DNA from: Eubacteriales bacterium
Lineage (GTDB): Bacteria; Bacillota; Clostridia; Oscillospirales; CAG-272
Direction of reading: 5' to 3'
Assembly: GCA_045602215.1 (NCBI GenBank)
Contig: JAZSBE010000072.1
Span: 1,390-65,389, forward strand
DNA length: 64,000 bases
Shown here: positions 35,122-44,346 of the stretch, piece after piece
How positions within the stretch are numbered: position 1 is the first letter of the stretch
Layout of the letters: the number at the start of each line of letters is the position of its first letter
Translations under genes and position numbers: made by a program
The notes under the pieces: model-generated
Seen by the model: only the letters and a program-made list of their open reading frames with translations
Told to the model about the DNA's origin: nothing
The model's database searches: none

Positions 35122-35685
35122 TCAGGGAAGGGGTTCCCCTTCGGCGTCAAACAGCGGCAGAGGCTCCAGATACAGAATGTCCTCGCGGCCGCGGGCGTCT
35201 CCCTCGGCAAGGATCGCCATCTTTCCAACGATGTTTCCCCCCGCGTGCAGGACGAGCTCCTCGATCGCGCGCAGAGAATCTCCCGTGCTGATGACGTCGT
35301 CCACGATCAGAACGCGCTTTCCTCTCATCCATTCGGCATCCGCACCGTCAAGATAGAGCGTCTGCTTTTTGGCGGTCGTGATCGAATTGACGTCGCAGGA
35401 AAAGACGTCACTCATATAGAGCTTTTGCATCTTTCTTGCAACCACGTACTTGTTTTTCCCCTCCTGACGCGCCATCTCGTAGACCAGAGGAATCCCCTTG
35501 CTCTCGGACGTGATAATGACGTCGTGATCGGGCGCAATCTTGAGAAGCTCCCGCGCGCAGGCGCAGGTAAGCTCCACGTCTCCGAAAATGACGAACGCGC
35601 CAATGTAAAGAGTTTCGTTCAACGGGCAAAGGGGCAATTCCCTCTCAAGTCCCGCCAGCTTCATAGTATAGGATGTTTTTTTCAT
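35122..35685 (-). CDS. purine-type phosphoribosyltransferase (Apt/Xpt-like)
   Basis: PRPP-binding motif VLIVDDVISTGDS. Start moved to the ATG at 35685 (GGAGGAAAACGA-ATG). Divergent from a purine permease gene. Confidence 0.8.
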   Translation of the reverse strand: MKKTSYTMKLAGLERELPLCPLNETLYIGAFVIFGDVELTCACARELLKIAPDHDVIITSESKGIPLVYEMARQEGKNKYVVARKMQKLYMSDVFSCDVNSITTAKKQTLYLDGADAEWMRGKRVLIVDDVISTGDSLRAIEELVLHAGGNIVGKMAILAEGDARGREDILYLEPLPLFDAEGEPLP

Positions 35686-35781
35686 TCGTTTTCCTCCGTA
35701 TCGTGATGAGGTACTTCCACGTCTATTATACGCCAAAGAGGTCGATCTGTCAAGGATTATGAAAAAACAGAGCGGAATCTG

Positions 35782-35810
35782 TTGACTTTTGCAAAAAATT
35801 CATGTATAAT
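35782..35810 (+). promoter_or_regulatory. sigma70-type promoter of the NCS2 permease gene
   Basis: TTGACT (35782-35787), 17 nt, TATAAT (35805-35810). The 5' UTR is short, so there is no room for a riboswitch. Confidence 0.6.
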
Positions 35811-35846
35811 CAATTTGTCCCTAAAAAAACAATGGAGGAAAAATTG

Positions 35847-37304
35847 ATGGACAAGTTTTTCAAAATTACCGAGCGAGGCTCGAACTACCGCAAGGAAATC
35901 GTGGGCGGTCTGACCACCTTCTTTGCAATGGCGTACATCATCTTTGTAAACCCCGCGCAGGTTGCGGCTGAGGGCGCAAACGGCTGGCTGGCAGCACTTG
36001 GCGCAGATTCCGCAGCACTCGGCATGATCTGGAACTCGGTTTTCGTGGCGTCGGTTCTCGTCGCCTTCCTGGGAACCTTCCTGTATGCCGTCTACGCAAA
36101 GCTTCCCTACGCACAGGCGTGCGGCATGGGTCTGAACTCCTTCTTCTGCACGTGCTTCATTTCGGGCGCGTACTTTGCAGGCGTTGACCTCATCGGCGGC
36201 TACCACTCGGGTATGATCCTCGTCTTCATCTCGGGTATCGTATTTCTGCTCCTTTCGGTTACGGGCGCAAGACAGTACATTGCAAAGGCAATGCCCGACT
36301 GCCTGAAGAAGTCCATTCCCGCGGGAATCGGTCTGTTCATCGCCTTCATCGGCTTTAAGAACGCAGGCATCATTACCGCAAACCAGTACACCTTCGTTCA
36401 GTTCGTGGACATCAACGGCGCGTTTGGCGTTGAGGGCGTTTCCACGCTCGACGCATGGCGCACCATCGCTCCCGCGATCGTTGCATTCCTCGGATTCATC
36501 ATCATTTCGGTTCTCACCAAGAAGAATGTCAAGGGCGCAGTCCTGATCGGTATTTTCAGCTCTGCCGTTCTCTACTACCTCGCCACCTGGCAGGTTCCCC
36601 AGCTCGACTTCTCCTCGATCGGTCAGTCCTTCAAGGATTTCGGCGAGATCGGCATCACGGGTCTGTTCGATGCAGAGGCTTGGAAGCTTGCATTCAACGG
36701 CGCGCACATCGGCGGTGTCTTCTCCGCGATCGTTCTGATCATCTCCTTCTGCATCGTGGATATGTTTGACACGGTGGGCACGCTTTACGGAACGGCTACC
36801 GAGGCAGGTATGCTGGACGAAAACGGCGACCCCATTGATATGGACAAGGCAATGGCGTGTGACTCGGTCGGCACCGTTGCAGGTTCCGTTCTCGGAACCT
36901 CCACCTGCACCACCTTCGTGGAGAGCGCATCGGGCGTTGCAGCGGGCGCAAGAACGGGTCTTGCAAGCCTCGTAACCTCCCTCTGCTTCCTCGCGTGCCT
37001 CTTCCTCACTCCCCTTGCAAGCATCGTTCCCTCCTGCGCAACCGCACCCGCGCTGATCTTCGTGGGCGTATTGATGCTCAAGAACTTTGCAAACGTGGAT
37101 ATGACCGATATGAGAAGCTCCGTACCCGCGTTCCTGACGCTGATCATGATGCCCCTGACCTACTCCATCTCCAACGGAATCGGTATCGGATGCATCGCGT
37201 ACGTGCTCATCACCCTTCTCACCGGTAAGTACACCAAGAAGGATATCGTTGCAACCGTGATCGCGCTCTTGTTCGTAGCAAAGTTCGCGTTCATCACCAT
37301 GTAA
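35847..37304 (+). CDS. NCS2-family purine (adenine/guanine/hypoxanthine) permease, AzgA/PbuG-like
   Basis: MDKFFKITERGSNYRKEIVGGLTTFFAMAYIIFVNP is the characteristic N-terminus. GGAGGAAAAATTG-ATG start at 35847. Confidence 0.85.
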   Translation: MDKFFKITERGSNYRKEIVGGLTTFFAMAYIIFVNPAQVAAEGANGWLAALGADSAALGMIWNSVFVASVLVAFLGTFLYAVYAKLPYAQACGMGLNSFFCTCFISGAYFAGVDLIGGYHSGMILVFISGIVFLLLSVTGARQYIAKAMPDCLKKSIPAGIGLFIAFIGFKNAGIITANQYTFVQFVDINGAFGVEGVSTLDAWRTIAPAIVAFLGFIIISVLTKKNVKGAVLIGIFSSAVLYYLATWQVPQLDFSSIGQSFKDFGEIGITGLFDAEAWKLAFNGAHIGGVFSAIVLIISFCIVDMFDTVGTLYGTATEAGMLDENGDPIDMDKAMACDSVGTVAGSVLGTSTCTTFVESASGVAAGARTGLASLVTSLCFLACLFLTPLASIVPSCATAPALIFVGVLMLKNFANVDMTDMRSSVPAFLTLIMMPLTYSISNGIGIGCIAYVLITLLTGKYTKKDIVATVIALLFVAKFAFITM

Positions 37305-37382
37305 TTGATAAACACATAAACCAAAGGGGCAGCCAGGTCCGGTGGCCCTTCCCTCCCGTTTTTTACTACACGTCCTGAAGAT

Positions 37383-37925
37383 TCACTTCACCATTCCGTA
37401 GCCGCCTGCATAGCGATTGACGTCGTCCACCACGACGAAAACGTTGTTTTCACAGATCGCGCGGATCTGCTTGAGCACGGGAACCGAGTCTCGCCTGGGG
37501 AGAACGATAAAGATCATATTCATGTGACTCTTTGAGCCCTGTCCCTCAAAAACCGTATATCCACGCTCCTGTTCCTTGAGGTACGCGGTGATTTTTTCGG
37601 TGTTTTCATCATTTGCGATGAGCTGAAGGCTGGACGTTCCAAGCGCAATCTTCCCCTCCAGCGTGGAGCCGAGATAGAGACCCGTGGCGTAACCCAAGCA
37701 ATAGAATGCAAGGAGGAAGAGATTGTCTCCAAGCGTTCCGATGATGGTGGAGATCACAAGTCCCCAGATGGTGCATTCGAGAAGTCCCAGCCCCGCCGCC
37801 TTGAGGCGTTGCCCCTTGACCATCATGCAAGTCTTGAGAGACTGAATGGTGATCTCGATGATCTTTGCAGCACAAACGATGAAGCAGACCGCAACGGGTG
37901 GAATGGACGCTAAAAATTCTGACAT
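37383..37925 (-). CDS. UPF0316 family membrane protein (YebE-like, DUF2179 C-terminal domain)
   Basis: 180 aa. Three TM helices followed by GYTVFEGQGSKS...IVLPRRD, colinear with B. subtilis YebE as I recall it. Confidence 0.75.
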   Translation of the reverse strand: MSEFLASIPPVAVCFIVCAAKIIEITIQSLKTCMMVKGQRLKAAGLGLLECTIWGLVISTIIGTLGDNLFLLAFYCLGYATGLYLGSTLEGKIALGTSSLQLIANDENTEKITAYLKEQERGYTVFEGQGSKSHMNMIFIVLPRRDSVPVLKQIRAICENNVFVVVDDVNRYAGGYGMVK

Positions 37926-38065
37926 GATTTGATCTCCTTTTTCACTGTTTTACCCCATTGTACCACAGAAAAGCAAGAAAAACAAGATGAATCTGTAAAC
38001 AATTCTTTGCATAGTCCCCCTCTCTCCCGAATATACTATTCCATATACGTTTTATGGGGGAATTT

Positions 38066-38590
38066 ATGAAACGATCGATCGGACTGTGGCAGCTTATGGG
38101 CTTTGCCGTGACCTCTCTTTGCGGCACGCTCCTGCATTTTCTGTACGAATGGCTTGGGGAGGCGGCGTGGATCGCGCCCTTCTCGGGAGTGAACGAATCG
38201 ACGTGGGAGCACATGAAGCTGCTCTTCTGGCCGATGTTTCTCTTTGCTGTCGCACAGAATTTTTTCTTCCGCGACCGTGAGGACTTTTGGTGCGTCAAGC
38301 TCCGTGGGACCCTTTTGGGCCTTGCCCTCATCCCCGTCATCTTCTACACCTACAACGGCGTGATCGGAAAATCTCCCGACTGGATCAACATCGTCATCTT
38401 TTTCGTCTCCGCCGCCGTCGCGTATGCCTACGAAACGCGGAAATTCCATGATGAGGACGTTCCCTGTCGATCCTCAAAATGGGCGTTGGGCGCGCTCGTC
38501 GTGATCGCCCTGCTCTTTGTCGTTTTCACATTTGTCACACCCCGTATCGGTATTTTCCGCGATCCCTTGACGGGCGCGTTCGGCAGATAA
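38066..38590 (+). CDS. small multi-pass membrane protein (DUF6512-like)
   Basis: About 174 aa with 5 hydrophobic segments and a WEHMKLLFWP motif. Start at ATG 38066 (GGGGGA upstream) is preferred over 38054. Confidence 0.6.
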   Translation: MKRSIGLWQLMGFAVTSLCGTLLHFLYEWLGEAAWIAPFSGVNESTWEHMKLLFWPMFLFAVAQNFFFRDREDFWCVKLRGTLLGLALIPVIFYTYNGVIGKSPDWINIVIFFVSAAVAYAYETRKFHDEDVPCRSSKWALGALVVIALLFVVFTFVTPRIGIFRDPLTGAFGR

Positions 38591-38595
38591 ACAAA

Positions 38596-38632
38596 AGAGG
38601 TTTCGTTTTTTTGCGAAACCTCTTTACTTTTT
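38596..38632 (+). terminator. Rho-independent terminator
   Basis: 10-bp stem AGAGGTTTCG / CGAAACCTCT followed by a T-rich tail (TTACTTTTT). Confidence 0.6.
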
Positions 38633-38765
38633 CTCTGTTCCGTGATATAATGATCTCAATCAAATCGTGGTCACCGGAGGCAGAGCACCGTAGTGCTCAA
38701 TTTGCCGGATTAGGTGTCCGAGTGAGCTCGGGTTATTGTGTCTGCAATAGCCCGAGCTGTTTTTA
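38623..38765 (+). promoter_or_regulatory. promoter plus ~110-nt structured leader with intrinsic terminator upstream of GNAT gene (unclassified attenuator or riboswitch candidate)
   Basis: TTTACT-17-TATAAT (38623-38651). Hairpin GAGCAC-CGTA-GTGCTC. CCGAG-TGAG-CTCGG competes with terminator stem AGCTCGGG (38725-38732) / CCCGAGCT (38751-38758), which is followed by a T-run. Confidence 0.5.
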
Positions 38766-38778
38766 TTGGAGGTTTCAT

Positions 38779-39330
38779 ATGAAAAACACAACGGTTGAAC
38801 TCATCCCCCTCTCGTCCGATGACCGCGAGCAGTTTATTCTCGACAACCAATGGGCGTTCAAGCACGGCGCGATGATGGAGTTCGGAGAGCGCGACGATCA
38901 CCTCGACGGCGACGGCGAGATCATTTCCCGCAAGACCATCGAGCGCAGTATTGACGATCCAAGAAACGAGACCTACCGCATCGTCGCGGATGGCAGGCGC
39001 GTGGGGGGCGTGATCCTCAAAATCGACAAGGAAACGCATCACAACGAGCTGGAGATCCTCTTTGTTGACCCAAATGAACACGGCAGGGGCGTCGGCTACG
39101 GCGCGTGGCAGGCGGTGGAAGCGCTCCACCCCGAAACGGTGGTCTGGGAGACCTGCACGCCCTATTTTGAAAAGCGCAATATCCACTTCTACGTGAACAA
39201 ATGCGGCTTTCAGATCGATCAATTCTGGTGCGAATATTTTCAACCCGATCACAAAATGCCCGACGAAGAAAACCTCGATCCCGACAAAGGCCCCGACGAG
39301 ATGTTCCGATTCGTCAAGGTCATGAAATAA
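38779..39330 (+). CDS. GNAT-family N-acetyltransferase
   Basis: Start at ATG 38779 (GGAGG RBS); the ORF-track start at 38479 reads through terminators. LEILFVDPNEHGRGVGYGAWQAVE matches the acetyl-CoA binding Q/RxxGxG/A motif. Confidence 0.8.
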   Translation: MKNTTVELIPLSSDDREQFILDNQWAFKHGAMMEFGERDDHLDGDGEIISRKTIERSIDDPRNETYRIVADGRRVGGVILKIDKETHHNELEILFVDPNEHGRGVGYGAWQAVEALHPETVVWETCTPYFEKRNIHFYVNKCGFQIDQFWCEYFQPDHKMPDEENLDPDKGPDEMFRFVKVMK

Positions 39331-39371
39331 AAAAAACGCCGATGGAGTTCAAATTCCATCGGCGGTTTTTC
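39331..39371. terminator. bidirectional Rho-independent terminator
   Basis: 10-bp stem CGCCGATGGA / TCCATCGGCG flanked by A7 and T5, between convergent genes. Confidence 0.7.
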
Positions 39372-39409
39372 ACTTCATGGGCTTCGTCTCAAGCCTTTTC
39401 TCGCCTATT

Positions 39410-40234
39410 TCACATCGTCTTACGGTAGTGATCGATGTTCTGATCCTCGTTGTAGGTAGGATCTCCGGGATGAATGCCGTTCATCTCCTGCATGATGCGG
39501 TAGGCTCTGGCGCGAAGCTCCTCGGTCGCTGCGCGAGGAGGCAAGGAGGGATCGGCGTAGATGGGCTCGGCAATATGCAGATCCACGAACGGCCCCTTGC
39601 CGAAAAGCTTTCTGATCCCACGGCGCGGGCGGAAGGACATGGAGATGGGGATCAGCGGCTTCTGATACTTCACTGCGTAGGAAAAGACCGCGGGCTTGAG
39701 GGGACGGATATCGGGATAAAAGTACCACAGAGAGCCCTCGGGGAAGACGTGCAGCCACCGACCGCTCTTCACCACCTCGTCCATTCCCTTCTTGAAGGAG
39801 ATCATGGCGTGAATATCCCCCTCGGGAATGGGCATTCCTCCCAAAATCCGCATAAAGGGCTGGAATCCGCTCTCAAAATTCGGCTTCCACGCAGGAAAAT
39901 AGCTGATGTGGGGACGGATCGCCTTGAGCACACAAAGATAGTCCCACATAAAGACGTGGTTGGAGACGGTGATCGCGCCGTTTTTCAGCTCTTTTTTATG
40001 CTTTTTCAGATTCTTCCGCCCGTAGATCCGCAGTCCGTGCGTCAGGTGCGTCAGGGGAAAGACGATCAAGTGAAGCACGCACGCCACCAGCGCGCGCTTG
40101 ATGCGAAACCAAAAGCCGTGGGGCATATAATCGTAATTCTCATCCAGCTCCAGCGTGCGCGTGCGCTTGAGCTCCAGCATGTGCGCGTCGCTCCGCTCGG
40201 GATAGGTATAGTCCAGTTGATGTCTGTAATACAT
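39410..40234 (-). CDS. lysophospholipid (1-acyl-sn-glycerol-3-phosphate) acyltransferase family protein
   Basis: H(X)4D motif NHVFMWD and FPEGS motif. Start at ATG 40234 (AGAGGA RBS) instead of TTG 40264. Confidence 0.8.
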   Translation of the reverse strand: MYYRHQLDYTYPERSDAHMLELKRTRTLELDENYDYMPHGFWFRIKRALVACVLHLIVFPLTHLTHGLRIYGRKNLKKHKKELKNGAITVSNHVFMWDYLCVLKAIRPHISYFPAWKPNFESGFQPFMRILGGMPIPEGDIHAMISFKKGMDEVVKSGRWLHVFPEGSLWYFYPDIRPLKPAVFSYAVKYQKPLIPISMSFRPRRGIRKLFGKGPFVDLHIAEPIYADPSLPPRAATEELRARAYRIMQEMNGIHPGDPTYNEDQNIDHYRKTM

Positions 40235-40461
40235 GGCAGTCCGTCCTCTTTTCTTTTTCTTCAAACCGTTGGCATCAAACGATGCTTTTCTTTATTATAG
40301 CACAAAATAAAAGTTTTTTCAACATAAATCCTGCAAGAATTAAAATCCGGACAAACTCTGTATACCAATACTTGACTTTTTGTGAAAACTATAGTATAAT
40401 AATCGTGTATGCGAATCATTCGTTTTTTACGTATTTCAAACGCAAAACAAGGAGATGCACT

Positions 40462-42762
40462 ATGAGCACTTATGGCAAGTTTGTTGCTGAAAAAGAGTTT
40501 CAGATCACCACCCCCACGCCTCCCCGTCCCCAACTGAATTACATCTGGAACTCCCGCGTGTTGTCGGGAGTCAATCAGAACGGCGGCGGCGTTGGCGCTT
40601 ACGGTCAGAGAGCGATGGCCTACATCGATCCCGACGGAAAGGGCCGCTGTACGGTGATCCGCGACGGAAACAGATATTTCTACGTCAAAAACCGAGCGAC
40701 CGGAACGGTCTTCAACCCCGGTCAGTACCCCGTAAACACCCCCGTTGAGAACTACTACTGCACGCACGGTCTCGGATACAGCGAGATCCATGGCGAGTGT
40801 GAGGGCATCGGCGCTACCGCGCGGATGTTCGTCAACGATACCGACCCCTGCGAGATCTGGAAGGTCACCCTCTCCAACAACACCGACAAAACGGCGTCCG
40901 TCTCGCTCTATTCCTTCGCGGATTTTGAGCTGGTAGGATACCAGAGATACAGTGACTACAACTCCTACGTACACGCGGAATACGACGAGGAATCGAACCT
41001 GCTCATGTGCTTCAACAAGGCAATGGAGCGTCCCCACGAGTGGTTCAACGGCTTCCTCGCCTCCAGCATCAAGCCCACCGCCTTCGAGACCTCCCGCCGC
41101 GGATTCCTCGGCACCTACGGCTCGGTCAACGCGCCCGTCGCGATCCACGCAGAAAAGCTTGCAAACAACTTTGCAGCCTGCGAGCAGATGTGCGGTGCGA
41201 TGCAGCACGATTTTGACCTTGCGGCAGGCGAGAGCGTCTCTGTTTATATCCTCATCGGTGACGCCGACGAGCTGTCCACGGCAAAAGCCATCTGCGACAA
41301 GATCCTTGCAGGCAATAAGATCGAAGAGGATTTTGCGGCGCTCCTTTCTCTCAAGCAGAACACCTCCTCCAGCATCTACGTCAAGACCCCCAACGAGAAG
41401 ATCAACTGTCTGACCAACTACTGGCTCAAGCAGCAGGTTCAGCTCTGCGCCGAGGTCGGACGCGACACCGGAAAGGGCTTCCGCGACCAGCTTCAGGACG
41501 CGTGGGCGGTTGCATCCTTCAACCCCGCGCTTGCCAAGGAAAAGATCCTGGAGACTCTGACCTATATGTACTCCGACGGTCGGTGCGTGCGCGGCTGGCT
41601 CCCGCTTGACCATCACATCTACTCCGACGGCCCCACGTGGGTGACCCCCACCGTCAACGCCTACATCAAGGAAACGGGAGACGTGGACTTCCTCAACCAC
41701 CCCGTGAAGTATCTTGACGAGGGTGAGGACACCGTCTGGGGACACATTCTCACTGCGATGAGATTTGCATCGGACGATATCGGAGAGCACGGGCTCGTCC
41801 ACTCCCGCGACGGTGACTGGAACGACTCCCTCAACATGACGGGACTTCTCGGCAAGGGCGAGTCTGTCTGGACCTCCATCGCGCTCTGCTACGCCTTGAC
41901 CAATGCGGCGGAGATCGCGGAGCGTCTGATCGGGGACAACGAGATCCGAGACGAGATGCTTGCAAGACGCGAGAAGATGAAGGCAGCGATCAACGAAAAC
42001 GCATGGGACGGCGAATGGTATCTCGCGGCGATCAACGACTATAACGAAAAGGTAGGAAGCCACGAGGAGACCGAGGGTAGCATCTACCTCAACTCCCAGA
42101 CCTGGTCGATCCTCGCGCAGGTCGCAGAGGGAGAGAGAGCCAAGGCGTGCATCGCGTCGGTCGACAAGTATCTTGACAGCGACTACGGGCCTCTCACGCT
42201 CTACCCCACCTATACCAAGTTCAATAGCCGCATCGGACGTCTGACCAGCTTCATTCCCGGCATCTGGGAAAACGGCACCCCCTATTGCCACGGCGGCACC
42301 TTCAAGGTGGTTGCAGACTGTCTGCTCGGACGCGGTGATAAGGCTTACGAGACCATTCTCAAGATCATGCCCGACAGCGAGACCAACCCCTCCGATCACT
42401 CGGGATGCGAGCCCTACGCCCTGACCAATATGTACTTTGGTCCCGACAATCCCCGCAAGGGCGAGACGCTCTTTGCATGGGTGACGGGAACGGCGGGCTG
42501 GATGTTCCGCGCTGTCGTTCAGTATATGCTGGGCTTCCACCCCGATTACAACGGATTTGTACTCAATCCCTGCATTCCCTCCTCTTGGGGAGAGGTGACG
42601 CTGACGCGTAAGTTCAGAGGAGATACGTACGAGATCACCATCAAAAATGACAACCATAGCCAGTCGGGTGTCGCCTGCGTTACACTTGACGGCAAGGAGG
42701 TCGGTCAAAAGATCGAGCTTGTCGGAGACGGCTTGACGCATCAGATCGTGATTACGATGTAA
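40462..42762 (+). CDS. GH94-family glycoside phosphorylase (cellobiose/chitobiose phosphorylase-like)
   Basis: 766 aa from ATG 40462 (AAGGAG RBS). Motifs GFRDQLQD, RDGDWNDSLN, WENGTPYCHG are typical of GH94. The 844-aa antisense ORF was rejected. Confidence 0.85.
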   Translation: MSTYGKFVAEKEFQITTPTPPRPQLNYIWNSRVLSGVNQNGGGVGAYGQRAMAYIDPDGKGRCTVIRDGNRYFYVKNRATGTVFNPGQYPVNTPVENYYCTHGLGYSEIHGECEGIGATARMFVNDTDPCEIWKVTLSNNTDKTASVSLYSFADFELVGYQRYSDYNSYVHAEYDEESNLLMCFNKAMERPHEWFNGFLASSIKPTAFETSRRGFLGTYGSVNAPVAIHAEKLANNFAACEQMCGAMQHDFDLAAGESVSVYILIGDADELSTAKAICDKILAGNKIEEDFAALLSLKQNTSSSIYVKTPNEKINCLTNYWLKQQVQLCAEVGRDTGKGFRDQLQDAWAVASFNPALAKEKILETLTYMYSDGRCVRGWLPLDHHIYSDGPTWVTPTVNAYIKETGDVDFLNHPVKYLDEGEDTVWGHILTAMRFASDDIGEHGLVHSRDGDWNDSLNMTGLLGKGESVWTSIALCYALTNAAEIAERLIGDNEIRDEMLARREKMKAAINENAWDGEWYLAAINDYNEKVGSHEETEGSIYLNSQTWSILAQVAEGERAKACIASVDKYLDSDYGPLTLYPTYTKFNSRIGRLTSFIPGIWENGTPYCHGGTFKVVADCLLGRGDKAYETILKIMPDSETNPSDHSGCEPYALTNMYFGPDNPRKGETLFAWVTGTAGWMFRAVVQYMLGFHPDYNGFVLNPCIPSSWGEVTLTRKFRGDTYEITIKNDNHSQSGVACVTLDGKEVGQKIELVGDGLTHQIVITM

Positions 42763-42782
42763 TCCGTCAGACCATATAAGGA

Positions 42783-42830
42783 ATCCCCCTCTCATTTAAG
42801 CAATCTGCTCATTGAGAGGGGGATTTTTTT
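42783..42830. terminator. Rho-independent terminator between convergent genes
   Basis: 12-bp stem ATCCCCCTCTCA / TGAGAGGGGGAT followed by T7. Confidence 0.75.
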
Positions 42831-42897
42831 GAGAATTTATTAAAGCAAAAGAAACGCCGCATGGAAAATTTCATCGAGGCGAGTGCGCTTAACGAAA

Positions 42898-43824
42898 TTA
42901 TTTCTTATTCTTTTCCTTGGCGCGCTTATCGTTGATGATCTGCATGTGCTCGGCGGTGATCAGCTCCACGCCGTTTTCCTTCGCCCAAGCAACGCAGCCC
43001 TTAAGCACGACCGACAGGAACACTCTCGGAACGCCGAGAATGGTCGTAAGCGCGTCATCGGTGAATTTGACCTTGTCGTCCACGCGGTCGGCGGCATATC
43101 TCACCGATTCAAGAGACGCCTGTCTCACCTGCAATAGCTCGGCTCTCATTCTGGTCTTTCTGTGGAACCAGAAGTTCTTGCTGTCGCGGTAGCCGTAGTC
43201 GACGGGAAGGGAGGGAAAATCCTTTGCGCGGACGCCGTTGATGATGGCGTCGCTGTATTTCTTCTTCATCAGGATCTTATCCACGCGAAGAATAAAGTGC
43301 GCGCCGAATTTGCTCGTAATACCGTTAAAATCGTGATACGGGCCCTCGTAGCCGTTCAGCTCACCCGCCTCGTCACGGTCCGCGCCGTCGAGTTCGCGCA
43401 TCCAGGTGCACTCGATTGCCTCGATCGCATCGGTGAGCACCATGGGTCTCGCTTCCCCGCTCTCCTCCTCGATCAGACTCTTTTCCAGCTTGAACTTACA
43501 CTTGGGCATCTTCTCACTGGGCTTGTCGCCGGGCCAGGAAAGCTTGACCGCCTCCTTGAAGGTCTCGGGCCTGTCGTCAATGAAATTGAGGGTGCACTTG
43601 CCGTTGCGAAGGATATTCTGCGCGGTGTTGGAGGAATTTCGGCAACACAGAAGCATCGCGTAATAGTCCTTGCCCGCTACATAGTAGGGCTGCACGAGAG
43701 AATACGGACCGAGGTTGGTGGTTCCGTCCTCACACAGGGTGCTGATGATGACCGTGGGCATGGGAAAATACAGGGACGTCTGATAAAAATTATCGACGAT
43801 ACGAAGATTTTCAAAGCTGCTCAT
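42898..43824 (-). CDS. flavin reductase-like (FMN-binding split barrel) domain protein
   Basis: 308 aa. PMPTVIISTLCEDGTTNLGPYSL resembles the Flavin_Reduct core. The C-terminal ~100 aa is unassigned. TTGAAA-17-TATAAT lies upstream. Confidence 0.55.
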   Translation of the reverse strand: MSSFENLRIVDNFYQTSLYFPMPTVIISTLCEDGTTNLGPYSLVQPYYVAGKDYYAMLLCCRNSSNTAQNILRNGKCTLNFIDDRPETFKEAVKLSWPGDKPSEKMPKCKFKLEKSLIEEESGEARPMVLTDAIEAIECTWMRELDGADRDEAGELNGYEGPYHDFNGITSKFGAHFILRVDKILMKKKYSDAIINGVRAKDFPSLPVDYGYRDSKNFWFHRKTRMRAELLQVRQASLESVRYAADRVDDKVKFTDDALTTILGVPRVFLSVVLKGCVAWAKENGVELITAEHMQIINDKRAKEKNKK

Positions 43825-43974
43825 CTGAATTCTCCTTTACAAAACAAAGAAATGATATCTGAATCATTATAACACATAAATGGATACTTTTCAACCGTTA
43901 TCTGAAAAAGGCAATGATTTTTTAAGGAATTTTCCGCCCCCATTCAATTTTTTGAAAAAATTTGCAAAAAAACA

Positions 43975-44003
43975 TTGACAATTTCCCTTTCGGGTAGTAT
44001 AAT
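43975..44003 (+). promoter_or_regulatory. sigma70-type promoter of the T-box leader
   Basis: TTGACA (43975-43980), 17 nt, TATAAT (43998-44003); perfect consensus. Confidence 0.65.
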
Positions 44004-44029
44004 GTGTGTAACATTTGAATATCACAAAA

Positions 44030-44292
44030 AACGACGTTGACGAAGACGGTCGGAATGTGGAGTCTGCAGAGAGTTGGCGGTTGCTGCGAGCCAATGACGA
44101 AACGTTTCAATGACCTATCACTTCTGAGTCGAAGGACCGAACGCTTTTTTTTGCAAGTAGACTCCTTCCGTAATGCTGCGTAAAGGCAAAGGGCTTGTCA
44201 GAGTCCGGAAAGTGGCGAAACGACCGTTTCGCAATTTGAGTGGTACCGCGGGTGTAATGCTCGTCTCAAGTTTTTGAGACGGGTTTTTTGTT
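44030..44292 (+). promoter_or_regulatory. T-box riboswitch leader (specifier most consistent with AUC, Ile)
   Basis: K-turn CGAC-GUU-GA-CGAAG (44032-44045) pairs with CUUCU-GA-GUCG (44121-44131). AG bulge AGAGAG (44068-44073), distal loop GGTTGCTGCGA, AAGTAG Stem II start. T-box AATTTGAGTGGTACCGCGG (44233-44251). Terminator CGTCTC/GAGACG followed by T-run (44262-44290). Confidence 0.85.
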
Positions 44293-44346
44293 TTATTCAA
44301 TGCCGTAATACCGCCCGATGGGGCAACGGAAACGAAAGGAGCAAAA

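Noticed and set aside
35686-35846. Purine riboswitch in the divergent region between the PRT and purine permease genes
   Set aside because: The promoter to start-codon distance is only ~35 nt on the permease side, and no three-way-junction motif is present on either strand.
35757-36707. 316-aa minus-strand ORF overlapping the NCS2 permease gene and its promoter
   Set aside because: It is acidic and Arg-rich with no TM segments or motifs. The plus frame is an unmistakable purine permease with a consensus promoter and RBS.
38479-38778. N-terminal 100-aa extension of the GNAT ORF; similar long extensions at 4473, 8492, 9923, 25172, 33848, 35736, 40264, 40282 and 54940
   Set aside because: The extensions run through terminators, promoters or upstream genes, often start with TTG, and lack an RBS. 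Internal ATG or GTG codons with GGAGG-type RBSs and sensible N-termini (signal peptides, family-typical starts) were chosen instead.
40261-42795. 844-aa minus-strand ORF opposite the GH94 gene
   Set aside because: It is antisense to a frame carrying clear GH94 motifs (RDQLQD, GDWNDSLN). Its composition is R/G/V/L-rich and no motifs were recognised, which is a typical shadow ORF of a GC3-rich gene.
44121-44140. GGA (Gly) or GAA (Glu) in ..GUCGAAGGACCG.. as the specifier of the plus-strand T-box
   Set aside because: This stretch belongs to the 3' strand of the K-turn (CUUCU-GA-GUCG) and the sequence after it, not to the specifier loop. The UGGU antiterminator bulge predicts an A73 tRNA, which is inconsistent with tRNA-Gly (U73).
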